From Acidimicrobiia bacterium (lineage in GTDB: Bacteria > Actinomycetota > Acidimicrobiia > Spongiisociales > UBA5794): 64,000 nt of DNA. This document shows positions 28,804 through 37,371 of this stretch, piece by piece. A program made the position numbers and the translations under genes. The notes under the pieces are model-generated. The model made no database searches and was not told the origin of the DNA. It saw nothing but the letters and a program-made list of their open reading frames with translations. The stretch spans positions 14,341 to 78,340 of the forward strand of contig JASJAX010000001.1 in assembly GCA_030066755.1 (NCBI GenBank), read 5' to 3'. Within the stretch, counting starts at the first letter, position 1; each line of letters opens with the position of its first letter.

Positions 28804-29840
28804 GCAAGGGCGACCGCCACCCCGGCGAGATCCTCGTCATCAACCGAACCGAGGTTGAGGAGCTGCTCAGCCCGCAGGCCTGCGTGGAACGGGTGCTCGA
28901 CACATTCCGCTGGGTCGGATCCGGCGAGGTCGAGCAGACCAATCCCGTCAACCTCTATGTCCACGACCGGCTCGGACCAGAGCCGGAGTACGGCCACGGC
29001 GTCGTCCAGGCGTTTCCAGCGATGATCCGGCCGCTCCACCGGGCGGCGGTCAAGTGGCTGGGCAGCTACCGCAAGAATCCCGGGCGCGACCTGCCGGCGA
29101 TCTCCGCGCTCGATCTCGTGACCGACATCGAGACCGGCATGCCGTTGGCCCTCGTCGACGGCACTTCGGTGACGAACATGCGGACCGGCGGTCATGCGGC
29201 CGTTGGGGCGAAGTACATGGCTCGGCCCGAGTCCGAGACCGTGGCGATCATCGGCTGCGGGAACGAGGGCCGGACTCACTTGCGGGCGCTGGGTGTGCTG
29301 TTCCCGATTCGGCGCGTCGTCGCGTTCGATATCCACGAGTCCGCCGCCGCCTCGTTCGCCGAGGAGATGGGGAACGAACTCGGCGTGACGGTGGACATCG
29401 CTTCGAGCGTCGAGGCCGCGGTTGCCGGCGCCGACATCATTTGCGTTGTCACGACGGCACCACAGCCGGTGCTGATGGAGCCGTGGGTCGAGGCAGGCAC
29501 CCACGTATGCGCAGCAACGGGCTTCCGCGATGTCGACAAGACCTGCGCCACGGCCTTCGACAAGTGGGCCGTGGGTTGGTACCGACGGGATCTCGAGTGG
29601 GTCGAGGGACCCGAGGTCGGCAGGATCGGCGGGCTGCAGCCCGGCGATCTGTGGAAGGACGACATCTACGCCGACATCGCCAGCGAGATCATGCCGGGCC
29701 TTCGGCCGGGACGTGATGGCGACGAGGAACGCACGATCATGACCCACATGGGTATGCCGGCCCTCGACGCAGCCGCAGCCGCGTTGGTCTTCGACCTTGC
29801 CCTCGAAGCCGATGCCGGGACCTGGATCCGGGTGTTCTGA
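28800..29840 (+). CDS. ornithine cyclodeaminase / mu-crystallin family protein
   Basis: GTGA overlap with the upstream stop and GGAGG upstream. [13 protein letters not shown] Rossmann motif. OCD-like fold. Confidence 0.8.
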   Translation: MSKGDRHPGEILVINRTEVEELLSPQACVERVLDTFRWVGSGEVEQTNPVNLYVHDRLGPEPEYGHGVVQAFPAMIRPLHRAAVKWLGSYRKNPGRDLPAISALDLVTDIETGMPLALVDGTSVTNMRTGGHAAVGAKYMARPESETVAIIGCGNEGRTHLRALGVLFPIRRVVAFDIHESAAASFAEEMGNELGVTVDIASSVEAAVAGADIICVVTTAPQPVLMEPWVEAGTHVCAATGFRDVDKTCATAFDKWAVGWYRRDLEWVEGPEVGRIGGLQPGDLWKDDIYADIASEIMPGLRPGRDGDEERTIMTHMGMPALDAAAAALVFDLALEADAGTWIRVF

Positions 29841-29842
29841 CG

Positions 29843-30115
29843 GTGGTGGCGATCGATCGCGGTGCAGTCGAGGCGGCGCTCGACGAGATCCGGCCCGCCT
29901 TACACAGCGATGGTGGGGACTTGATCCTCCATGACATCTCGGAGGACGGCATCGTGAGCATCGAGTTGCTCGGCGCCTGCGGAACCTGCCCGATCTCGAT
30001 CATCACCCTCACCGCCGGCATCGAGGTGATCGTCCGCGCCAGAGTCCCGGAGGTAGCCGGAGTGCTACCGCATGCGGCGACACACGAGGATGTATTGGGG
30101 CTGAGAGCGGAGTAG
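29843..30115 (+). CDS. NifU-like (Nfu-type) Fe-S cluster domain protein
   Basis: 90 aa. [10 protein letters not shown]...[11 protein letters not shown] is the Nfu C-terminal domain with a CxxC motif. Confidence 0.7.
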   Translation: MVAIDRGAVEAALDEIRPALHSDGGDLILHDISEDGIVSIELLGACGTCPISIITLTAGIEVIVRARVPEVAGVLPHAATHEDVLGLRAE

Positions 30116-30244
30116 CGAGTATCCCCCTCCCTTCCAGGGAGGGGGTGGCCTCCACGCAGTGGAGGTCGGGGAGGGTGTCACCGGTGGTTGGAGTAGCGGT
30201 GAACCCCTGTCCGGACCGGGCAACTCCGTTCAACCGACACCGCT

Positions 30245-30312
30245 CCGAACCGCGGAAACCCTCCCCTGGCTGCTGGCGCAGCCTGTCCCCGCCCTACAAG
30301 GGCGGGGGATCC
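30245..30312. repeat. conserved two-hairpin intergenic element, copy A
   Basis: ccgaaccgcggaaaccctcccctg, then GGCTGC-tggc-GCAGCC, then ctgt, then CCCCGCCC-tacaa-GGGCGGGG-gatcc. About 90% identical to the copy at 45270-45336. Followed by a heptamer array. Confidence 0.75.
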
Positions 30313-30318
30313 GCCTAG

Positions 30319-30353
30319 GACCTGGGACTTGCGACCTGGGACCTGAGACTCGG
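30319..30353. repeat. heptanucleotide tandem array, 5 units of GAC(C/T)TGN
   Basis: gacctgg gacttgc gacctgg gacctga gactcgg. Confidence 0.75.
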
Positions 30354-30360
30354 CTCTCCG

Positions 30361-30741
30361 TCAGGAGCGCCGCGCCACCGCATCGATCTGCACCTTGGCG
30401 CCCTTCCACAGGAAGGCGACTCCGTAACTGCATCGCGCGGGGTACGGCTCGCGGAACCGCTCGGCGTAGATGCGATTCATGTCGTCGAGATCGTCTTCGT
30501 CGACGAACTGGATGCTGGTGTGCACGACCTGCTCGAGCGACGACCCAGCTTCCTCGAGGATCGCCTCGAGGTTGCTGATGGCCCGATGAAACTCGGGGTC
30601 GAAACCGCCGGGGACAAAGTCGCCCGATCCGGGGTCGCGGCCGATCTGTCCGGTCACCCAGACGTGATCGCCGTCGATGCGGACATGAGGGTACGGACCG
30701 CGCGGCTCCGGTGCTGATTCGGTCGTGATGGTTTCGCTCAT
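30361..30741 (-). CDS. RidA-family (YjgF/TdcF) reactive-intermediate deaminase
   Basis: 126 aa. PYPHVRIDGDHVWVTGQIG...PARCSYGVAFLWKGAKVQID is the RidA signature. Confidence 0.85.
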   Translation of the reverse strand: MSETITTESAPEPRGPYPHVRIDGDHVWVTGQIGRDPGSGDFVPGGFDPEFHRAISNLEAILEEAGSSLEQVVHTSIQFVDEDDLDDMNRIYAERFREPYPARCSYGVAFLWKGAKVQIDAVARRS

Positions 30742-30757
30742 TGCAGCTCCTCTCAGC

Positions 30758-31627
30758 TCATCCGCTCCGCATTCGTTCGAGCGTCCGCTCCGGTCCGTCG
30801 GGCGTCAGCCAATCCACCTCGATGATGACCTCGTCGACACCGACTTCGGCCAGCACCGGCATCGCCGCCGCCGCCGCATCGAGCGGCCCGGTGAGCCGAA
30901 CGACGAACCGCCCGCTCGTCCGCCCGGCCTCCTCCGCCGCCGCCCGCATCCGCTCGGAGCCGTCCCGCAACGCCGCGAGATTCAGATCGTCGGCTCGCTG
31001 GAAAGCCAGCCATCCGTCGCCCAGCCTCCCCGCACGACGCACGGCAGCCTTCGACATGCCGCCGATCAGGATCGGGATGTGGTGCTCCGGCGTCGGGAAA
31101 CTGAGGAGGCCGGCCGGCACCTCGTAGTGCTCATAGGAAGCGGCGTGCGGCCGCCCGGTCCACACGTCGTTGATGATCTCGATCCACTCGTCGAGCCGCC
31201 TGCCGCGACTCTCGAACGGCACACCGACGGCGTCGAACTCCTCCGCAAGCCACCCGGCGCCGGTCCCGATGATGATGCGGCCGTGGCTGACCACGTCGAG
31301 GGTTGCGAGCTGCTTGGCCAAGATCAGTGGGTTCCGGAGTGCGGCCAGCAGGATCGCCACGCCGACGTCGACGTGTTTCGTAGCCGTTGCGGCCATCGTG
31401 AGGGCGACGATCGCATCGAAACGGGGATGTGCCGCATCCCAGGTGATTGCGCCGTCGTCGGAGTAGGGGTACTTGGACCGTGATTCCTGGACCATCACCA
31501 CGTGATCGCTCACCCAGACTGAATCGAACCCGGCCGCTTCTGCTCTGCTCGCAGCGTCGGCGAGATGCACCTCGTGGACGATTGGACCGAAGACCGGGAG
31601 CTTGGCGCCGATACGAATGTGGTCCAT
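30758..31627 (-). CDS. LLM-class flavin/F420-dependent oxidoreductase
   Basis: Luciferase-like TIM barrel (GFDSVWVSDH...). ATG at 31627. Confidence 0.8.
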   Translation of the reverse strand: MDHIRIGAKLPVFGPIVHEVHLADAASRAEAAGFDSVWVSDHVVMVQESRSKYPYSDDGAITWDAAHPRFDAIVALTMAATATKHVDVGVAILLAALRNPLILAKQLATLDVVSHGRIIIGTGAGWLAEEFDAVGVPFESRGRRLDEWIEIINDVWTGRPHAASYEHYEVPAGLLSFPTPEHHIPILIGGMSKAAVRRAGRLGDGWLAFQRADDLNLAALRDGSERMRAAAEEAGRTSGRFVVRLTGPLDAAAAAMPVLAEVGVDEVIIEVDWLTPDGPERTLERMRSG

Positions 31628-31649
31628 GGGGTGTTGCTCCGTGGGTGAT

Positions 31650-32417
31650 TCAGGTGAGCCAGCCGCCGTCGACGACCAGCACGTGGCCGGTGACGTAGCT
31701 CGCATCGTCGGACGACAGGAAGTCGACCGCAGCTGCGATCTCTTCGGGACGTCCGAGGCGCCCGACCGGGATGTGGGTCGCCGCCAGCTGGTCCAGCGCA
31801 TCGGGGTCGTCTGACAAGGATCGAGTGAGATCCGTGTTGACGGTACCCGGGGCAACGGCGTTGACTCGAACGCCCGTCGCAGCGAGTTCGCGGGCAGCGG
31901 CGATCGTCAGCATGCGCACCGCACCCTTCGAGGTGTCGTAGGGAACCATTGGAGTCGTCGATGCGGTGAACGACGATGTCGACGCCAGGTTGACGATCGC
32001 CCCGTGACCGCGGGGGATCATACGTTTGGCCGCCGCCTGCAGAACCAGGAAGACCCCACGCAGATTGACACCCATCAGGGTGTCGAACTGCTCAGGTGTG
32101 ATGTCGACGAGCGGCGTGACAAAGCCGATTCCGGCGTTGTTGACCACGGTTCCCAACGGTTCCTCGTCGTCGATCCGCTCGACCGCAACGGCAACCGACG
32201 CCGCGTCGGCCACATCGAGCTCCAGGCCGCGGACGTCGAGCCCGGCGCTTCGAAGGGCAGCCGCCGTCGCTTCCGCTGCAGTCCCGTCCACGTCGGCGAT
32301 GAACACGACGTCACCACGGCGTGCAAGGCGTTCGGCGATGGCACGACCAATGCCTCTGGCGCCCCCGGTTACGAGGGCGCCAGAAGCTCGGTCATCAGTG
32401 GCGGACACGTCCGCCAT
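31650..32417 (-). CDS. SDR-family oxidoreductase
   Basis: TGGARGIGRAIA...NNAGI...YDTSKGAV...PGTVNT. Confidence 0.85.
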   Translation of the reverse strand: MADVSATDDRASGALVTGGARGIGRAIAERLARRGDVVFIADVDGTAAEATAAALRSAGLDVRGLELDVADAASVAVAVERIDDEEPLGTVVNNAGIGFVTPLVDITPEQFDTLMGVNLRGVFLVLQAAAKRMIPRGHGAIVNLASTSSFTASTTPMVPYDTSKGAVRMLTIAAARELAATGVRVNAVAPGTVNTDLTRSLSDDPDALDQLAATHIPVGRLGRPEEIAAAVDFLSSDDASYVTGHVLVVDGGWLT

Positions 32418-32438
32418 CAGCTCATGGACACGTCGGGA

Positions 32439-33317
32439 TCAGCTGCAGGGCGGCAGACCCTCGGTCGGTCCAATGATGTCGGTGTACATCTGGTCGAGCG
32501 TGCCTCGGGAGATGTAGTACCCGAGCCAGCCGTTGACGTACTCCTTCCAGACGATGTCACCGCGCGGCACGGCCCAAGCGCCGTACTCCTGCGAGAACGG
32601 ATTGTCCGGGTTCAGCACCGATGTCGACGGGTTCTCCCGCACGAACGGGATCGCCAGGTACTCCTCGACCACGATGGCGTCGGCACGGCCTGATGCCACC
32701 TCGAGGAACGCCGGGGCCTGCTCGAGACCAACCAGTTCAGCCTCGGGGAACTGCGCCTCGATCAGGTTGGCGGCCGTCGATCCCTGCAGCGCCGTCATCG
32801 TGATGTCGGAGCTGTTCAGCTGATCGAGCGACGTGATGCCAGCGTCGTTGTTGACCACGACAACTTGGCGATACGGCACATACGGGCACGTGAACCAGAG
32901 CTGCTCGAGTCGGGCCGGGCGACCAACGAGCCCCACGGAAATGAGGTCGAACTGGTCGGCCAGCATGCCCGGAATCAACGCATCGAACTCCAGGTCCTGG
33001 ATGTTCAGCGTGACACCGAGATCGTCTGCGAGCATCTTGACGAGCTCGACGTCGTAACCGGCGGGCTCGTCGTTGGCATCGCGATACATCTGCGGCTCGA
33101 ACTGCAGCGTCATGCCGACGATCAGCTCGCCGCGATCCTTGATTGCATCGAGGCGATTTCCGTCGAGCACCGCGGCCGCACCGGTCATGCTCGACGAGTC
33201 ACCGTCGCCGTTTCCGTTGCCATCGCCGTCGGCGCCGCCCTCATCGTCTCCCGAACATGCCGCTACGGCCATCGCGAAGACAACGAGCAGAATCGCCCAC
33301 TTCCTGTACTTGCTCAC
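32439..33317 (-). CDS. amino-acid ABC transporter substrate-binding lipoprotein (family 3)
   Basis: Lipobox AVAACSG and an SBP_bac_3-like fold. Confidence 0.8.
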   Translation of the reverse strand: MSKYRKWAILLVVFAMAVAACSGDDEGGADGDGNGNGDGDSSSMTGAAAVLDGNRLDAIKDRGELIVGMTLQFEPQMYRDANDEPAGYDVELVKMLADDLGVTLNIQDLEFDALIPGMLADQFDLISVGLVGRPARLEQLWFTCPYVPYRQVVVVNNDAGITSLDQLNSSDITMTALQGSTAANLIEAQFPEAELVGLEQAPAFLEVASGRADAIVVEEYLAIPFVRENPSTSVLNPDNPFSQEYGAWAVPRGDIVWKEYVNGWLGYYISRGTLDQMYTDIIGPTEGLPPCS

Positions 33318-34201
33318 GGGTTCGTACTCCCTTCCTCCTCGTACATGTCTTCTGGAGGGTCATACTCCAGCGACCCGATATCGGCGGTGTGACCCGCCAG
33401 ATCCTCCTCTGTGGTTCCCTTCTCCTTTGCAGCCGTCACGGCCGCCTGCAATGCCCGCAACCGCTCGACCTTCCGTCGGGCGAATGGCGACCAGGTGCGG
33501 GCCTTTGAGGTGAGGACGTCAACGAGGGCGTACCGGCGTTCCAGGTACTTCACGCCGAAGTAGACCGCCGTCGTCAGGACCAAGTAGATGAGCACGACGG
33601 CGAGGTAGACCTCGAAGTAGCGGAACGTACGGTTGGCGAGCCGGAAGCTCACCCGGAACAGCTCCGGAACGCCGATCAGATAGACCAGCGACGAGTCCTT
33701 GATCATCCCGATGAACATGTTCCCGGTTGGGGGGATCACGATGCGCACGGCCTGCGGCAGGATGACCCGGAAGAAGGTCTGCGCCCTCCCCATCCCCACA
33801 GAGAGCGCGGCTTCGCGTTGCCCGTGCGGTATTGCCTGAATCCCGCTGCGGAAGATCTCGCCCAGCCACGCCGAATACTGCAGCGTGAGCGCGAAGATCC
33901 CTGCCTGGATCGCTGAGATGCTCAGCTCGAACTGGATCGCGATGCCGTAGTAGACGAACACGATGAACACGAGCAGCGGAATCGCTCGGAAGATGTTGAT
34001 GTAGGCAGCCATGATCGGCTGGATGATGCGATTCGTCGACATCCGCAAGAGCGCAACTGCCAGCCCGGCGAACGTCGCCAGCGTGAACGCCACGAAGGCG
34101 ATGAAGAGCGTGAGCCACACACCGTCGATGAAGATCTCCCGGTTCTCCCAGATGAACTCCCAACGGAAAGTGGCCTGCGCGAGGAAGAACGAAGTGATCA
34201 C
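33314..34201 (-). CDS. amino-acid ABC transporter permease with a C-terminal cytoplasmic extension
   Basis: His/Gln-type permease: EAA loop ([21 protein letters not shown]). About 75 extra acidic C-terminal residues. Confidence 0.85.
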   Translation of the reverse strand: MITSFFLAQATFRWEFIWENREIFIDGVWLTLFIAFVAFTLATFAGLAVALLRMSTNRIIQPIMAAYINIFRAIPLLVFIVFVYYGIAIQFELSISAIQAGIFALTLQYSAWLGEIFRSGIQAIPHGQREAALSVGMGRAQTFFRVILPQAVRIVIPPTGNMFIGMIKDSSLVYLIGVPELFRVSFRLANRTFRYFEVYLAVVLIYLVLTTAVYFGVKYLERRYALVDVLTSKARTWSPFARRKVERLRALQAAVTAAKEKGTTEEDLAGHTADIGSLEYDPPEDMYEEEGSTNP

Positions 34202-34986
34202 AAGATCGCCCTGATGAACTCGCGGGTACGTTCCTCCTGGGCGTCCGAGAAGATCGCGGCGTCACCTTGTTCGACGATCATGCCCTCGTCCATGAAGATG
34301 TTGAGGTCGCCGACTTCCCGGGCGAACCCCATCTCGTGCGTCACGACGACCATCGTCATGCCGGTCTCGGCGAGTGCTCGCATCGTGTAGAGAACCTCGC
34401 CGACCAGCTCCGGGTCGAGAGCCGAAGTCGGCTCGTCGAACAGCATCACCCGGGGTTCCATGACGAGCGCCCGGGCAATCGCAACCCGTTGCTGCTGACC
34501 GCCCGACAACATGGACGGATACGACCCGAGTTTGTCGAGCAGACCGACCCGGTCGAGATAGGTTGCAGCAGCCATCTCCGCCTCGTCCTTGGAAATCGAC
34601 TTCACCCGCCGGAGCGCCAGGGTCACGTTCTCGAGTGCGGTCAGGTGGGGGAACAGGTTGAACTGCTGGAACACCATCCCCACTTGCTTGCGCAGTTCAC
34701 GGGGCCGGCCCTTGCTGAGCTTCTCACCATCCAGCCCAGGGCCGTACTCCTTGCCGTCGAACCACACGGACCCGCTCTGCGGCTTCTCCAGGAGGTTCAT
34801 GACTCGCAGCAGGGTCGACTTGCCGGATCCGGACGGACCGAAGATGACGATGTGCTGGCCCTGGGCGACGTCGAGGTCGACGCCCTTGAGCACGTGGTTC
34901 GAACCAAACGACTTGTGAATCTGGCGCAGCCTGACCACCGGCTCCGTCGTTCCCGGAGAGGCCGTGTGGCCTGAGGGCGCCGTCAT
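34198..34986 (-). CDS. amino-acid ABC transporter ATP-binding protein
   Basis: Walker [10 protein letters not shown], signature [15 protein letters not shown], Walker [11 protein letters not shown]. Confidence 0.9.
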   Translation of the reverse strand: MTAPSGHTASPGTTEPVVRLRQIHKSFGSNHVLKGVDLDVAQGQHIVIFGPSGSGKSTLLRVMNLLEKPQSGSVWFDGKEYGPGLDGEKLSKGRPRELRKQVGMVFQQFNLFPHLTALENVTLALRRVKSISKDEAEMAAATYLDRVGLLDKLGSYPSMLSGGQQQRVAIARALVMEPRVMLFDEPTSALDPELVGEVLYTMRALAETGMTMVVVTHEMGFAREVGDLNIFMDEGMIVEQGDAAIFSDAQEERTREFIRAIL

Positions 34987-35240
34987 GCATCGAACTCCGT
35001 CGGTTGAGACTCGGCGGTGTGACCGTGCCGCGTCAACAGCTCGACGATGGCGTCTTCGGCAAACCGCAGTCCATCGTGGACTCCGAGACGAAAGGCGCTC
35101 TGCCCCTTTGCGTCGTTGTAACCGATCTCCTCCTGAATCCGCTCGAGCAGGGCGGCAAGGCCGTCCACCAGCGTTGCGCCTTCATCGGCGACGCGGGCAC
35201 GTTGGTCCTGCTCGAGCGAGTTCCCCGGAGGTGCGGTCAT
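34983..35240 (-). CDS. small hypothetical protein (85 aa)
   Basis: ATGA-type overlaps at both ends within the operon, which suggests translational coupling. No family recognised. Confidence 0.4.
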   Translation of the reverse strand: MTAPPGNSLEQDQRARVADEGATLVDGLAALLERIQEEIGYNDAKGQSAFRLGVHDGLRFAEDAIVELLTRHGHTAESQPTEFDA

Positions 35241-35440
35241 ACGGCAGTCATCTCCCGGTAGTCAGTAATGACACGATCCAGCGCGTCGGGGTCGAAACCG
35301 ACCACCTCATGGTCGCGGAAGAGGAGCAGCGGCACAATCAGATCTTGCGACCGGGCACGCAGTTCCTCCCGGGCCGCCTCGCTCTGTCGGATGTTGCGAT
35401 CGTCGAACTCGACGGAATGCGCATGCAGATAGTCACGCAC
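35237..35440 (-). CDS. glutaredoxin/NrdH-like protein: annotated ORF lacks the CxxC N-terminus and may extend upstream through an in-frame TGA to a GTG at 35509
   Basis: The ORF (GTG at 35440) encodes only the C-terminal two-thirds of a Grx/NrdH fold (VVGFDPDAL). In frame upstream: GTG-DRPILYSLNTDARTPT-TGA-QECCR. See the findings section. Confidence 0.5.
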   Translation of the reverse strand: MRDYLHAHSVEFDDRNIRQSEAAREELRARSQDLIVPLLLFRDHEVVGFDPDALDRVITDYREMTAV

Positions 35441-35697
35441 GCGACAACACTCCTGTCAGGTCGGGGTGCGAGCGTCCGTGTTGAGGCTGTACAGAATCGG
35501 TCGGTCCACGCCCTCACCCTCCTCATCCGTTCTCACGCTCTCCGAGTACTTTAGCGTACTCGCCCCGGCGCTGCCGGGGCGGGCGACGTTCGGTCGCCTG
35601 TACCTGGTACCTGAACCGTGCCGAGTGGTTCCTTGTACGCACCCGCACCGACTGGTCGCAGGGGCTCCAAACAGGCGTTCGCGCAGCAAACTGCAAT

Positions 35698-35716
35698 GGG
35701 CTTGCGAGGCAAGCCC
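35698..35716 (-). terminator. hairpin terminator after the PPOX-family gene
   Basis: gggcttgc-gag-gcaagccc lies immediately 3' of the stop codon and is followed by a U-containing tract on the minus strand. Confidence 0.5.
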
Positions 35717-35717
35717 G

Positions 35718-36122
35718 TTACCAAGCGCGACTGCGAGTGGGGGTGATCCGAATTGGGACCGAGTAGTCGGCCGCAAAGGAGGCAGGGGTCCAGCCGTTGC
35801 GCTCGATGCGTTCGGCGTACTTGGCAACGAACGCCGGGACTTCGTGGGCCGGCGCATGGCCGGGAACGATCCGGGCCCGACCTTCGATCGTGACGATGTC
35901 GCCACCAACCCCGTTCCCGTCGAGGTTGAGCGCAACCCGTGGATTCGCCTCGATATTGCTGAGCTTGGCAACCGCGGGTTTCGAGTAAACGAGGAACTCA
36001 TCGTCCTCGAGCAGGAACCACACCGCCGACGCCTGCGGCTGCCCATTGGGCCGCACCGTGGTCAACCAGATGATGAGTTCAGAATCCAATCGAGCAGCTG
36101 CGCGCGGGTTCTCGGGGAGCAT
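35718..36122 (-). CDS. pyridoxamine-5'-phosphate-oxidase-family protein (probable F420-dependent PPOX class)
   Basis: 134 aa. LIIWLTTVRPNGQPQASAVWFLLEDDEFLVYS is the split-barrel fold. Confidence 0.75.
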   Translation of the reverse strand: MLPENPRAAARLDSELIIWLTTVRPNGQPQASAVWFLLEDDEFLVYSKPAVAKLSNIEANPRVALNLDGNGVGGDIVTIEGRARIVPGHAPAHEVPAFVAKYAERIERNGWTPASFAADYSVPIRITPTRSRAW

Positions 36123-36132
36123 GGGCCAGAGG

Positions 36133-36206
36133 GTAGCGAGTAGCGAGACGAGTCAGCTCTTGGGACCGGGTGTCTCCGGACTCAGTACTCGGTACTCAGT
36201 ACTGCG
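36133..36206. repeat. two adjacent heptanucleotide arrays (GTAGCGA x2-3; ACTC(A/G)GT x4)
   Basis: gtagcgagtagcgagacgagt ... actcagtactcggtactcagtactgcgg. Confidence 0.7.
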
Positions 36207-36217
36207 GCCGTAGGCCG

Positions 36218-37168
36218 CTACGCGTGGCCTGGCGGATTCTTGATCGACTCGATGGCGCGGCGGCGATTCTCGACGATCTCCTTGGCGATCTGGTCGAGGG
36301 AGTCCATGAGCCAGAGGTGAGCGGCCTTGCCGGGTCGATAGTCGGCTTCGGCCATTCCCTGGATCCTGCCCTGCTCCTGGAGTTGCTTCACCTGTTTGTG
36401 GTTGTTGCGAGGCTCGAGGTTGTAGACCCCGAGCGTCTTGCCGCCGCTCTGGTTGAGAATCGAGAAGACCGGAACGTCGCTGGGACCGTCGGCGATGTAG
36501 ATCATGTTGCGCAGCGGAACCCGGCGTTGCGCCTCCGACATCCGGGCATTCACATCGATCTGAGGGTTCTTGTTGACGCCCTTGTTGATCTCGAACAGCG
36601 CTCTGGTCTTGGACGTGTGACCGATGAACTGACCGAGATGGCGGATCTCGGTCGGAGGGTCGGCGACCGGGAGCCGATCGACGAAACCCGGTGGCGCAGT
36701 GTGCTCGACATAGGAGTTGGCCCAGATGCCGTCGATGTGGGGAGCGATAGCGGATCCCTGGATCATCGGGAGGATCCCCGTCGAGACAACGTAGTGCTCG
36801 ACAGTGATTCCCTCACCGGCGTACTCGGGAACGCCGGCGACATGTTTGCGCGTGCTCTCGAAGAACTCGGGGATCCCGGGGCAGAACTCGAGGTTGGCCC
36901 CGAGTTCCTTGAGCTTGGCGTTGGTGAGCCCGGCGAAGACCCCTTGCTCCACGTACGTGAGGATGTGGAGGAGGTACGCCATGTCCCGGGCGAGCAGCTC
37001 CCGACGCTCGTCGTGCCAGCGCACCATGGATTCGACCTCGGTCCAGAAGTCCCCGGCGTCCACGCCGTACTCGTCGAAGATCGGCGTCTGCATGTTGTCC
37101 GGGATCAACGTGCGATCGAAGTCCCAGATGAACGCAATGACAGTCTGCGTATGCAGCGGCACAGGCAT
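36218..37168 (-). CDS. HAD-superfamily hydrolase
   Basis: FIWDFDRTLIP (DxD motif I) ... IYIADGPSD (motif IV). Confidence 0.6.
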   Translation of the reverse strand: MPVPLHTQTVIAFIWDFDRTLIPDNMQTPIFDEYGVDAGDFWTEVESMVRWHDERRELLARDMAYLLHILTYVEQGVFAGLTNAKLKELGANLEFCPGIPEFFESTRKHVAGVPEYAGEGITVEHYVVSTGILPMIQGSAIAPHIDGIWANSYVEHTAPPGFVDRLPVADPPTEIRHLGQFIGHTSKTRALFEINKGVNKNPQIDVNARMSEAQRRVPLRNMIYIADGPSDVPVFSILNQSGGKTLGVYNLEPRNNHKQVKQLQEQGRIQGMAEADYRPGKAAHLWLMDSLDQIAKEIVENRRRAIESIKNPPGHA

Positions 37169-37212
37169 GGGCGAAGGTTAGGCGGCTAGGCAGAGAAATC
37201 GCGGTCTACCCG

Positions 37213-37310
37213 CAAGTAGCCAGTAGCCAGTAGCCAGTAGCCAGACCCTGGGGCTCCAGGCTTGAGACCTGAGACCTGAGACCTGAGACTTGAGACTTGA
37301 GGCCTGACCT
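37213..37310. repeat. long heptanucleotide array of about 14 units with maintained 7-bp register (CCAGTAG x4 drifting to (C/T)TGAGAC x6)
   Basis: caagtag ccagtag x3 ccagacc ctggggc tccaggc ttgagac ctgagac x3 ttgagac ttgaggc ctgacct. Confidence 0.85.
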
Positions 37311-37371
37311 AGGCGATCGCCGGATCACGGCTGCCGCGTACTACCCGGTTGGGAGCCGGAGCTGGAGCCGC

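Noticed and set aside
35456-36046. 196-aa ORF on the minus strand overlapping the PPOX gene
   Set aside because: It overlaps a well-supported PPOX gene in another frame and is Arg/Ser/Pro-rich. Only its last 17 codons, which are in frame with the Grx-like gene across a TGA, are considered meaningful. See the Sec finding.
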